Shown here: positions 35,082 to 43,214 of the stretch, one piece after another
Layout: each line of letters starts with the position of its first letter
How positions within the stretch are numbered: the stretch's first letter is position 1
Source: a virus
Reading direction: 5' to 3' (one strand)
Length of the DNA stretch: 51,589 bases
Virus record (IMG/VR): IMGVR_UViG_3300024974_000002
Coordinates: 1-51,589 of that record
Program-made: the position numbers and the translations under genes
The notes under the pieces: model-generated
What the model saw: only the letters and a program-made list of their open reading frames with translations
Database searches by the model: none
Told to the model about the DNA's origin: nothing

Positions 35082-35312
35082 ATGAGCGAAGACATCAAAA
35101 AAACTCAAAAGGTTATTCTCTTTCCGGAAGATCCGGAAATTAACAAAGAAGTAAATCAGGAAGTGATAATTTCAGAAAATGGCACATCCATTAGCATTAT
35201 GCACGATGGAGAAGCAATATGGATGAGCGTTGACAACTTTGTCAAGTTTGCGGAACTGATTGATTCAGCTTTCAATGAATTGTGCATTGAAAATCATAAA
35301 AGGCTTTTGTAA
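35082..35312 (+). CDS. Hypothetical protein
   Basis: 76 aa. Confidence 0.55.
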   Translation: MSEDIKKTQKVILFPEDPEINKEVNQEVIISENGTSISIMHDGEAIWMSVDNFVKFAELIDSAFNELCIENHKRLL

Positions 35313-35524
35313 TGAAAAGAAAAGCAAAAGACTTGATTTTCATCAGTAGAATAATCGGTCACGGACTAGATTTGGAAATATTATCAGAAGTTGAATCTGA
35401 AAAATTACAAGATAAATGCTTTATAGATGATGAGTATAAATTAAACAGCCTTTCAATATCAAACAAAACATATATTGCAAGTGGCTTTAATTCATACGTT
35501 GTAAAACTGAAAGACAATGCTTAA
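35312..35524 (+). CDS. Hypothetical protein
   Basis: 70 aa, TAATG overlap. Confidence 0.5.
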   Translation: MKRKAKDLIFISRIIGHGLDLEILSEVESEKLQDKCFIDDEYKLNSLSISNKTYIASGFNSYVVKLKDNA

Positions 35525-35732
35525 TCCAAACAACACATACTCCAGAAAATCTAATGTCATTTATGAAAATGGTATTCCCATTATTATTCTTAAGCATAAT
35601 TTCATTGACATTGAAAATCTTTCTGAAACGGTAATCAGTTATACAAACAGGTATATGGAAATGTTTCCTGATTTGTTTGAAATAATAGTCAAAAAAGAGA
35701 AAGAAATTAACGACCAACTTTCTCTTTTTTAA
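35517..35732 (+). CDS. Hypothetical protein
   Basis: 71 aa, 8-nt overlap. Confidence 0.5.
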   Translation: MLNPNNTYSRKSNVIYENGIPIIILKHNFIDIENLSETVISYTNRYMEMFPDLFEIIVKKEKEINDQLSLF

Positions 35733-35815
35733 TTAAAGAATAAGCCAAAAACTCTTGACAGTGAAAATATGTCAACCTAATATTGCTCTACAATCAACTT
35801 AAAAAAGACAATATT

Positions 35816-36025
35816 ATGGCTACACTTTTATTTACTCCAAGAACTACAATTGACGCAAATTTATTGCAATATAGATTAGATAATTCTTGCTTTCACGCTG
35901 AATGGAATACCTGGACCGGTTCTTACGAATTTCAAGAAGAAGAGGAAAACATCGACCAACTGGAGGAAGATTTATCAATGTCGATTACCTATGACATCAA
36001 CGGATATTTTGAACTACAAAATTAA
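35816..36025 (+). CDS. Hypothetical protein (ATG 35816)
   Basis: The track start 35783 is TTG. The first ATG gives MATLLFTPR... Confidence 0.5.
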   Translation: MATLLFTPRTTIDANLLQYRLDNSCFHAEWNTWTGSYEFQEEEENIDQLEEDLSMSITYDINGYFELQN

Positions 36026-36029
36026 AGCT

Positions 36030-36224
36030 ATGAACAATAATGAATTACCTCAATTAAATCAAATAGTAAAAGCTATTTGTAAAAGAGCAAACGGACTAAA
36101 TGAAGAACATTTAATCAGAAGAATAAAAACAAAAGATACATCTAAAGGATGGCAATGGTCACATTCAGAAATATATACTTATTTCACTCTGGAAGTGCTT
36201 TCTTTCGAAACTTTAAATAATTAA
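36030..36224 (+). CDS. Hypothetical protein (ATG 36030)
   Basis: ATG lies 5 nt after the upstream stop. The earlier ATG 35991 would overlap by 35 nt. Confidence 0.5.
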   Translation: MNNNELPQLNQIVKAICKRANGLNEEHLIRRIKTKDTSKGWQWSHSEIYTYFTLEVLSFETLNN

Positions 36225-36228
36225 TTAT

Positions 36229-36870
36229 ATGAACACTTACGCAAAATACACAGCTAATGTTTTTGTTGCAAAATGCACAGAAAGACACGAAAAAGGAGAA
36301 ACCATTACCTTGGAAACCAAATATGGAAAAGAACACGAATGTATAGTTTTTAACCTTGTATTAAGAAAGGACGACCATTATTACTATTCAATAGTTCGTG
36401 CCGATGGTTTCAACGTTCAGGAGTTTGCCAGAAAAAAAGCCGAACGTTATCAAAAATGGGCTGGCGCTCGTGAAAATAAATCAACCGAATACTACGAAGC
36501 ATCACAGGAAGGAAAAGATTTTCTTGCATTGGCAGAACCTATAAAAATTGGACATCATTCAGAAAAACGTCATCGCGCCCTGATTGAAAGAAATTACAAT
36601 AGAATGGCCAAATCTGTCGAGAACACCAAAATTGCAGAACAACACGAAAGCAAAGCGGAATACTGGGAAAGCAAAGCAAACGTCATAAATCTTTCAATGC
36701 CGGAAAGTCTTGAGTATTTCGAATACAAAGTTGAGGTTGCAAAAGAACAGCACGAAGGATTAAAGTCTGGAAAGTACGAAAGACGACACTCTTATTCGCT
36801 TACTTATGCTAAAAAAGCAGTAAATGAAGCCGAAAAGAACCTTGAAATGGCTAAAAAATTATGGTCATAA
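36229..36870 (+). CDS. DUF3560-like protein (tentative)
   Basis: PIKIGHHSEKRHRALIERNYNRMAKS resembles the GHHSExRHR core I associate with DUF3560. Confidence 0.4.
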   Translation: MNTYAKYTANVFVAKCTERHEKGETITLETKYGKEHECIVFNLVLRKDDHYYYSIVRADGFNVQEFARKKAERYQKWAGARENKSTEYYEASQEGKDFLALAEPIKIGHHSEKRHRALIERNYNRMAKSVENTKIAEQHESKAEYWESKANVINLSMPESLEYFEYKVEVAKEQHEGLKSGKYERRHSYSLTYAKKAVNEAEKNLEMAKKLWS

Positions 36871-36990
36871 TCTAAAATAGGCCATAAAGTTGGTTTTGAT
36901 GTGAAAACCTCATTGTCACATAAAGAGGAAAGAACGTAATTATATTTTTTCGACCAATAAAATTAAAACATTAACATTCAGTTATTTATG

Positions 36991-37019
36991 ATAAAGCCAC
37001 TTATTGCAAGTGGCTTTAT
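36991..37019 (+). terminator. Hairpin terminator candidate
   Basis: ATAAAGCCACTT-attgc-AAGTGGCTTTAT, 12-bp stem. Confidence 0.55.
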
Positions 37020-37022
37020 TGA

Positions 37023-37079
37023 TGTAACATATTTTGCAACATACTAACATATTTTGTTACATTTGTGGTATAATGTAAC
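37023..37079 (+). promoter_or_regulatory. Promoter with two direct TAACATATTTTG repeats (20-nt period) and a TACATTTG box
   Basis: TAACATATTTTG at 37025..37036 and 37045..37056. TACATTTG at 37058..37065. TGTAAC again at 37074..37079. Confidence 0.55.
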
Positions 37080-37102
37080 CAAAGAAAAAAATTTCAAAAC
37101 CA

Positions 37103-38587
37103 ATGACTTCACAAACCATCGCTTCCAGAATCATCAAAACAGAGCCAATCAACTGGCGTGAGCTTCAGTTCATCCAACAGGAAAATTTCAAAGAATGGGT
37201 TAATAACGGAGCAGAAAAACTGGTTGAATCCATATTAAAATATCAATTCATTGCTCCGTTTATGGTTTGGCATTCTGAAGGCGTGAATTATTGCCTTGAT
37301 GGTCGCCATAGGTTTTTAGATTTGGAAAAAGTATCATTGTCTGGAGCAGCGGTTCCAGAATTACTACCAGCCACTTTTGTTGATTGTGCTAATATGAAAG
37401 AAGCAGCCGAATTGGTTTTGGTTTATTCATCGAATTACGCCAAAATTACCCAGCAAGGATTGCTCGACTTCGTAAACAACTTTGATTTAGACTTTCCGGA
37501 TATGCAAGCGATGTTAAATATAGCAGATTTTGACGATATCGCTTTTCAAGGATTGATGAACAAAAACGATTCAGAAAGTGAAACAATCATTCCAGCATCA
37601 TTGAAAGACAGTTTTATATTTCCTCCATTCTCAATCTTGGATACACGCTCTGGAGTATGGCAGGAACGAAAACGTAAATGGCTATCTCTTGGTTTCAATT
37701 CACAAGAAACCCGAGAAGATGTTGAGCTAATCGCAAAAAGTGGACAATCGACAGCAATCTATGAACTTCGAAATAAAATGCGTGAAAGTTTAGGACGCGA
37801 CCCAGATTGGGATGAAATCCTCGATTATGCAAAGAAAAAAGGAATGCACGTTTACGAAGGTGCCAGTATTTTTGATCCAGTTCTTTGTGAGCTTCTGTAC
37901 AAGTGGTTCTGTACTAATGGAGGTTCTGTACTTGACCCATTTGCTGGGGGTTCTGTTCGTGGTATAGTGGCCGGAGTTCTCGGTTATCCTTATGCCGGAA
38001 TTGATTTGCGACTGGACCAAGTAGAAGCCAACAGAAAACAAGCTGATTTGTTAAGCCTTGAAAATGTAGAATGGTTCGATGGTGATAGTAATGAGGTTCT
38101 TGATACTTATAAACCTCTCGATGGATTTGATTTTCTTATGAGCTGTCCACCTTATGCCGATTTGGAAAAATACAGCGATGATCCAAAGGATTTGTCCAAT
38201 ATGGATTATGCCGACTTCAAGGAGGTTTATTTCAGTATCATCAAAAAGTCGGTTGCACAACTCAAAGAAGACCGCTTTGCCTGTTTTGTAGTGGGTGATG
38301 TCCGAGACAAAAAAGGATTCTACTACAACTTTGTGAGCGATACAATTCAAGCGTTTAGAGATGCTGGAATGGAATTATACAATGAAATCATATTGGTAAA
38401 CGTAGTTGGTTCTCTGGCCATTCGTGTTCGTCGCCAGTTCAATGGTGGCCGAAAAGTAGGCAAAATGCACCAGAATGTATTGGTGTTCTACAAAGGTGAT
38501 CCAAAGAAAATAAAAGAAAACTATCCTGAATTAAACTTGGGTGATGATATGGAGGAATTAAATAATGAACCAGCAATCACTCTATAA
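37103..38587 (+). CDS. ParB-like nuclease domain fused to a DNA methyltransferase (N6-A/N4-C type)
   Basis: N-terminal ParB-like region (YCLDGRHRF). Motif I VLDPFAGGSVRG. Motif IV SCPPY. Confidence 0.75.
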   Translation: MTSQTIASRIIKTEPINWRELQFIQQENFKEWVNNGAEKLVESILKYQFIAPFMVWHSEGVNYCLDGRHRFLDLEKVSLSGAAVPELLPATFVDCANMKEAAELVLVYSSNYAKITQQGLLDFVNNFDLDFPDMQAMLNIADFDDIAFQGLMNKNDSESETIIPASLKDSFIFPPFSILDTRSGVWQERKRKWLSLGFNSQETREDVELIAKSGQSTAIYELRNKMRESLGRDPDWDEILDYAKKKGMHVYEGASIFDPVLCELLYKWFCTNGGSVLDPFAGGSVRGIVAGVLGYPYAGIDLRLDQVEANRKQADLLSLENVEWFDGDSNEVLDTYKPLDGFDFLMSCPPYADLEKYSDDPKDLSNMDYADFKEVYFSIIKKSVAQLKEDRFACFVVGDVRDKKGFYYNFVSDTIQAFRDAGMELYNEIILVNVVGSLAIRVRRQFNGGRKVGKMHQNVLVFYKGDPKKIKENYPELNLGDDMEELNNEPAITL

Positions 38588-38641
38588 ATAGTTTAAAGTT
38601 TTGCTTACATTTATGCCATCGTAACAAAACTAAGTAAACAA

Positions 38642-38878
38642 ATGGCAGAAACTAATTACCAAATATTAATCGAAATGAGAGATTCCATTTTAGAATACTT
38701 AGAAGAAGAAAAAACGATAAACGAAAAAGCATTGTTGGCTTATGAGCCAAAACCAATTGCTGAACAAGATGCTGAAATACGTATTTTAAGAGAAAAAGAA
38801 GCTATCAAACTTCGTGATAGAATTACAGAATTAAGCCGACATATTGCGGTTATTAAACGAATGTACCCAAATCAATAA
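38642..38878 (+). CDS. Hypothetical protein
   Basis: 78 aa. Confidence 0.55.
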   Translation: MAETNYQILIEMRDSILEYLEEEKTINEKALLAYEPKPIAEQDAEIRILREKEAIKLRDRITELSRHIAVIKRMYPNQ

Positions 38879-38883
38879 ACGAT

Positions 38884-39345
38884 ATGCCGGGTTCAAGATC
38901 AAGTAAATTAGAAACCGAAAAGCGAGTATTCACCATTCAAGGGTGGATAATCAATGGCGTGCCCGATTATTTGATTTTAAAGAATATAGAGCAGCAGTTT
39001 GTAAATAAAGATGGTGAGTACATCAAGAGACGGCAATCAAAAGTTTTACTTCAAAAAGCTTATAAGATTTGGCACGAAGAACAGGAAGCTACCGTCGAGC
39101 AAAAGCGATCATTAAAAATTGCAGAACTAAAGCAAGATGTTCGTTCGATGGATGCTAAGTTTAAAAATACACCTCAAGGAATGGCCGTCTTGCTTAACTA
39201 CAAAAAGGAAATAAATAAACTTGAGGCAATCTACCCAGTAACTAAGATTATGATCCAGGGCGACAAAGAAAATCCTTTGGTAATAACCAATTCCGATGAG
39301 CGAGAGAAACGCATCGCTGAACTTATCGCTAAAGCACAAAAATAA
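38884..39345 (+). CDS. Hypothetical protein
   Basis: 153 aa, basic with a coiled-coil C-terminus. Confidence 0.55.
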   Translation: MPGSRSSKLETEKRVFTIQGWIINGVPDYLILKNIEQQFVNKDGEYIKRRQSKVLLQKAYKIWHEEQEATVEQKRSLKIAELKQDVRSMDAKFKNTPQGMAVLLNYKKEINKLEAIYPVTKIMIQGDKENPLVITNSDEREKRIAELIAKAQK

Positions 39346-39359
39346 ATTTAGCTTTTTAA

Positions 39360-39400
39360 TAACATATTTTGCAATTTAATAGTAAAATATGTTACTTTTG
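39360..39400 (+). promoter_or_regulatory. Promoter with TAACATATTTTG, its inverted copy, and a TACTTTTG box
   Basis: TAACATATTTTG at 39360..39371. AAAATATGTTA at 39384..39394. TACTTTTG at 39393..39400. Confidence 0.55.
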
Positions 39401-39408
39401 ATATTCTT

Positions 39409-39783
39409 ATGAAGAACATCCGTTCGGTCTTTATTTTACTAATTGGGATGATTAGTCTAACAGCATTTGCAACTACAAGCAAACTGGACCAAAAACAAAA
39501 AACAGAATTCAAAAGTGAGCATTCAGTTCAAATTGAAGCTGTAAACGTAGCAAATGATTTTCAGGTTGTTTCTGTATCTACAGTGGCATTTTTAAACAAC
39601 AGTGAAGTGAAAGTCTTTACAATTTCAATCAATCCGGTGATCAATTCAATTACTGATGTTGGATGGCAAACAGAAAAGCAAACATATCAATTGACATCAT
39701 ACCATGATAAGTTGCTGGAGAATTACAATTTAAACTTCAAAAACCAATTTAAACCCGTTGCCAATATGCGTAGCAACTGTTAA
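39409..39783 (+). CDS. Small secreted protein
   Basis: Signal peptide MKNIRSVFILLIGMISLTAFA. 124 aa. Has its own promoter and terminator. Confidence 0.6.
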   Translation: MKNIRSVFILLIGMISLTAFATTSKLDQKQKTEFKSEHSVQIEAVNVANDFQVVSVSTVAFLNNSEVKVFTISINPVINSITDVGWQTEKQTYQLTSYHDKLLENYNLNFKNQFKPVANMRSNC

Positions 39784-39803
39784 AAAGGTTCAATTAAATA
39801 TAT

Positions 39804-39834
39804 AAAAGCCTTTCAGTAAATGAACGGCTTTTTT
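39804..39834 (+). terminator. Hairpin terminator candidate
   Basis: AAAAGCC-15 nt-GGCTTTT, followed by TT. Confidence 0.45.
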
Positions 39835-39838
39835 AAAT

Positions 39839-39961
39839 GGGGAAGTAGCTCAGTTGGTAGAGTAAACACGAGAAAATGGGGTCTGTCAAACGAAAATGTA
39901 CATAAGTAGTTTGAGATTGAGTTGTAAGTGTTGGTCAGCGGTTCGAGTCCGCTCTTCTCCT
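39839..39961 (+). tRNA. tRNA-like gene with canonical acceptor, D and T arms but a 58-nt segment in place of the anticodon loop (possible interrupted tRNA; UGU anticodon if 51 nt are removed)
   Basis: GGGGAAG/CTTCTCC acceptor (G3-U70). U8, A14, G18G19 and A21 present. T arm AGCGG-TTCGAGT-CCGCT. AACAC (39865..39869) pairs with GTGTT (39928..39932). Confidence 0.5.
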
Positions 39962-40032
39962 CAAAAACAACCAAGATTGAAAACATAGCTGAAGGAGTTT
40001 CAATAGGACGTTATTTTAAAATTCAGCAAAAA

Positions 40033-40100
40033 GGGGAGTTCGTCTAATGCTAGGACGGTGACTGATCATCATTACAAAGGTTGGAATCCTTTACTCTCCA
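40033..40100 (+). ncRNA. Second, degenerate tRNA-like element (68 nt)
   Basis: GGGGAGT/ACTCTCC acceptor (again G3-U70). D arm GTCT-aatgcta-GGAC. T arm AAAGG-TTGGAAT-CCTTT. Only 18 nt are available for the anticodon arm plus variable loop. Confidence 0.3.
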
Positions 40101-40328
40101 CAAAACAAAAAGCAGTTCATGCCGATAAGTCGGAACATGGAACCAGTCGGGTTGAAAAAGGCTCGTTAAATCATTCTGTGATACATCGATTACTGGGTAA
40201 AAATAGGGATGTAGACAATTTGAATCGTATAGCGTTAGGTAGTATTAATGTTTTTTAATTTTCATTGAAATGCCTTATAAAAAATCAGATGTGAGCTGCT
40301 TTTGTTTTTTAAATCAAACCAAAAAATT

Positions 40329-40499
40329 ATGATAGAAATTGTGAACGGCCGTGTTTTCGTTGAAGGAGTAGAAACAGTAGACCCAACTCTCATTGGCTAC
40401 GCACTACTTGATTTTGCAGAATCCCAAGAAAATGACGGGATTAAAATAGTACTCAAGGACCAGGATGTATTTGTGCAATCCTTAATCACGGAACTATAA
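40329..40499 (+). CDS. Hypothetical protein (ATG 40329)
   Basis: The track start 40302 is TTG. ATG gives MIEIVNGRVFVEG... Confidence 0.5.
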   Translation: MIEIVNGRVFVEGVETVDPTLIGYALLDFAESQENDGIKIVLKDQDVFVQSLITEL

Positions 40500-40735
40500 T
40501 GGCCAGACAAACAAAATTTATCAAAGACAGCAAGATTTCAAACAATCGAGTTTCAAAGTATGTTGGCGTTCGCTGGGATAGAGAACACTCTAAATGGGTT
40601 TCTACCGTGCTACATAAGAAAGTAAAATACTTATGTGGTTGCTTCGATGATGACCGAGAAGCAGCCAAGGCCAGAGACGTGAAGATTATTTCATTAGGAC
40701 TTGCAAAACCATTACAAATTTTAAAAAGAGCGTAA
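40499..40735 (+). CDS. AP2-domain DNA-binding protein
   Basis: SKYVGVRWDREHSKWVSTVLHKKVKYLCGCFDDDREAAKARD fits the AP2/ERF-like pattern (YxGVxW...W.A.I...GxF..eeAA.AYD). Confidence 0.65.
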   Translation: MARQTKFIKDSKISNNRVSKYVGVRWDREHSKWVSTVLHKKVKYLCGCFDDDREAAKARDVKIISLGLAKPLQILKRA

Positions 40736-40737
40736 AA

Positions 40738-40998
40738 ATGAGCTTCTTCCTAAAATACATCAAACGAAAGTTGTCTATCCGGTTTCAATATCTAATCAGA
40801 AAGCGTGCGCAAAAGGAACAGGTAAAACGAATCATAGATAAGTATAACCTAAACGATCCCACAGAACGTCAAAAAATTATCGACAAATATCTTTTGACAC
40901 AAACCAACAAACGTGCCTTTGGTCGCAAAGAAAAGGAGTTTCTAAAAGATAAAATCAGGTTTATGATTCATTATAAATTAATCGAAACAGTACAATGA
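40738..40998 (+). CDS. Hypothetical protein
   Basis: 86 aa, basic. Confidence 0.5.
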   Translation: MSFFLKYIKRKLSIRFQYLIRKRAQKEQVKRIIDKYNLNDPTERQKIIDKYLLTQTNKRAFGRKEKEFLKDKIRFMIHYKLIETVQ

Positions 40999-41345
40999 GA
41001 GGAATAATTATAATCGGTAACTGTAGATCAGGAAAGCAAGCAATGATACAGCAACACTTAAAAGAAAGACCTGTGTTATTGGGTATTGATTTTGGCGATA
41101 TGACTTCCGCGGTTTTGTCTTTAAATATGTCTTTTGAAAAATCAATTATAGCATCAAAAAAAATAAATGATGCAATGCTGGAATTTCAAAAAATCACTCC
41201 GGATAAAATTGTTTCTATGAATGATTATTTCAGGGATGAAGCTATGAAATTGAGGTCTTTTCAAGAAAACGAAAATACTATTGTTTACGAAAAAGTACAA
41301 AGCAAATTCATATCAAGGCCAATAAATAATTTTAGAAAGAGATGA
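40995..41345 (+). CDS. Hypothetical protein
   Basis: 116 aa, ATGA overlap. Confidence 0.5.
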   Translation: MRGIIIIGNCRSGKQAMIQQHLKERPVLLGIDFGDMTSAVLSLNMSFEKSIIASKKINDAMLEFQKITPDKIVSMNDYFRDEAMKLRSFQENENTIVYEKVQSKFISRPINNFRKR

Positions 41346-41656
41346 TGATGAAAAGACAAAACTATTACCAGGTTCACAAAAATAAGAAGCCTAAAAAGCT
41401 TCGAAAAAGTAAACCAAAGTGGTTTGTGATTCAAGCTGCAATTATTTCAATGCAATCATTCACTCAACAGGCCATAATAGTTTCTCAACAATTTAATTCA
41501 GTTACAGAAAAATCTTTGGCAGTAGTTGAAAACGTAAAAAATCACGCTGAAGCAATCTCTAATTTAATCAAAAACAAGAATGGAAGAACTTCAATCCAAG
41601 CTAGACGAACTAATTCAACTTCGAGAAAGCTATATGATAAATGCCAGAAACGATGA
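41342..41656 (+). CDS. Hypothetical basic protein (3' end uncertain; small-terminase position)
   Basis: 104 aa. The last 25 codons or so overlap a better-looking coiled-coil ORF in another frame. Confidence 0.4.
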   Translation: MMMKRQNYYQVHKNKKPKKLRKSKPKWFVIQAAIISMQSFTQQAIIVSQQFNSVTEKSLAVVENVKNHAEAISNLIKNKNGRTSIQARRTNSTSRKLYDKCQKR

Positions 41657-41714
41657 ATCATTGAATGATGAGATCAGGGAACTGCAAAAGAAAATCAGGG
41701 AATTTAAAAAGTAA
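41580..41714 (+). CDS. Possible 44-aa coiled-coil ORF in frame with terL
   Basis: Reads MEELQSKLDELIQLRESYMINARNDESLNDEIRELQKKIREFKK, then TAA. Same frame as the TerL ORF, one codon upstream of its TTG. Confidence 0.3.
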   Translation: MEELQSKLDELIQLRESYMINARNDESLNDEIRELQKKIREFKK

Positions 41715-41717
41715 CAA

Positions 41718-43202
41718 TTGCTAACAGATGCTGAAATATTGGAATTAGAAACTCTTTTGAAAGAAAGGGACATCGACATTTCCAGAAATCACCTCAAAGT
41801 AATTGACGATGATACCAATCCAAACTACAAACTGCTGCAGGAATCTATTGTTGATCAAAAATACAACGACAAGGACGAGTTAGTTAGTGGGAAAAGAGGT
41901 TGTGCATTAGAAGGTTCTTCTCGTTCCGGCAAAACATGGTCCGGCGTGGACATCATTATTTGGCTTTGTCTTTATGTAGAAACCAAATGTACCATCAACA
42001 TTTATCGTGCTACTTATAACGAATTCAAAACGACTTTATACGATGATTTCAAGCGTAGGCTAGATGATTTTGGACTACCAAATAAATTCCACGATGCCGA
42101 AGAGATTAAAAGTTTCAAAATAGGTCAAAATACAATCTATTTTCTTGGTGACGGTAAACACGGTGGAGGTTGCGACTATGCTTTTTTTAATGAAATGATG
42201 TTTATTAAGAACTCAGTATTTGACCAAGTAGAAATGCGATGCCGTAAATTTTGGTGGGCAGATTACAACCCATCGTTTACGGAACACTGGTTTTTTGACA
42301 AAGTACTTTCCCGTCCGGATGTTGGTTTCTTAAGAACCACATTTCTTGACAATCTCACGCATTTGTCGGTCCAAGAAAAGAACAAAATTAAATCTTGGGA
42401 ACCTTGGAAGCCAGGATCATATATTGTAAAAGATGATGAAATCCATTGTTACAATAAAGCAACTGGCAAGGTCGAGCCTATAACCAAAATCAACCAACCA
42501 CCTCCACATCTTACCAACATAGCGAACGGAACTGCCGACGACTTTATGTGGAAGGTTTACGGACTTGGATTGCGAGGTGCTATGAAAGGCGTGATATTTA
42601 ATCACGTCACCTGGATTGAGCCAAATGAATTTCCAGACATACAACACATTTATACCAATGACTTTGGATTTACAACGGATCCAAACGCATTAAACAGATA
42701 TGCCGAAGACGAACATAATATTTGGATTGAGCCATTGATTTATACGCCAATTGAAACGGCTGCAGAATTAGTAGGTATTTTAGAATCTTTTGGAGTAAGG
42801 CAAAATTCCAGTGATTATGATGACGATGGAGATTTAATCATTTGTGATAGTTCCGATAAATACACGGGAGAAAACAAAGGAACTGTTGAAATGGTGCGAT
42901 CATTAAAAAAAGACCATAGATACAATGCCAAAAAAGTAAGCAAAACAAAAGGTGTTATGTATTGGCTTAACTCGATGAAGACTAAAAAAATACACATCGT
43001 AAAAAACCATTTGTATGCCCAAATTAAAAAAGAAAAAGAGAATTATAAGCTGAAAGAAATTCAAGGAATTTGTATCAACCAGCCAATTGATTCGTGGAAT
43101 CACTTTTGGGATTCTGGAAGATATGGCCACATGGCGCATAATAGCCAAGGCGAGACCGTATTTAAAATGACAGAGGAACAAATCAGAAAACTAAATTATT
43201 AA
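41718..43202 (+). CDS. terL: Terminase large subunit (TTG start; no in-frame ATG before the Walker A)
   Basis: Walker A-like GCALEGSSRSGKTWSG. 494 aa, immediately upstream of the portal. Confidence 0.8.
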   Translation: MLTDAEILELETLLKERDIDISRNHLKVIDDDTNPNYKLLQESIVDQKYNDKDELVSGKRGCALEGSSRSGKTWSGVDIIIWLCLYVETKCTINIYRATYNEFKTTLYDDFKRRLDDFGLPNKFHDAEEIKSFKIGQNTIYFLGDGKHGGGCDYAFFNEMMFIKNSVFDQVEMRCRKFWWADYNPSFTEHWFFDKVLSRPDVGFLRTTFLDNLTHLSVQEKNKIKSWEPWKPGSYIVKDDEIHCYNKATGKVEPITKINQPPPHLTNIANGTADDFMWKVYGLGLRGAMKGVIFNHVTWIEPNEFPDIQHIYTNDFGFTTDPNALNRYAEDEHNIWIEPLIYTPIETAAELVGILESFGVRQNSSDYDDDGDLIICDSSDKYTGENKGTVEMVRSLKKDHRYNAKKVSKTKGVMYWLNSMKTKKIHIVKNHLYAQIKKEKENYKLKEIQGICINQPIDSWNHFWDSGRYGHMAHNSQGETVFKMTEEQIRKLNY

Positions 43203-43214
43203 TAAATTATTGTT

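Noticed and set aside
39839-39961. tmRNA (because of G3-U70 and a large insert in a tRNA-like frame)
   Set aside because: The element keeps a full canonical D stem-loop, and the insert is only 58 nt. It has no plausible resume codon, tag ORF or pseudoknots. It is far smaller than any tmRNA I know of.
40058-40258. 66-aa GTG-start ORF
   Set aside because: It overlaps the second tRNA-like element, has a GTG start and a composition unlike neighbouring genes, and lies in a structured non-coding stretch.
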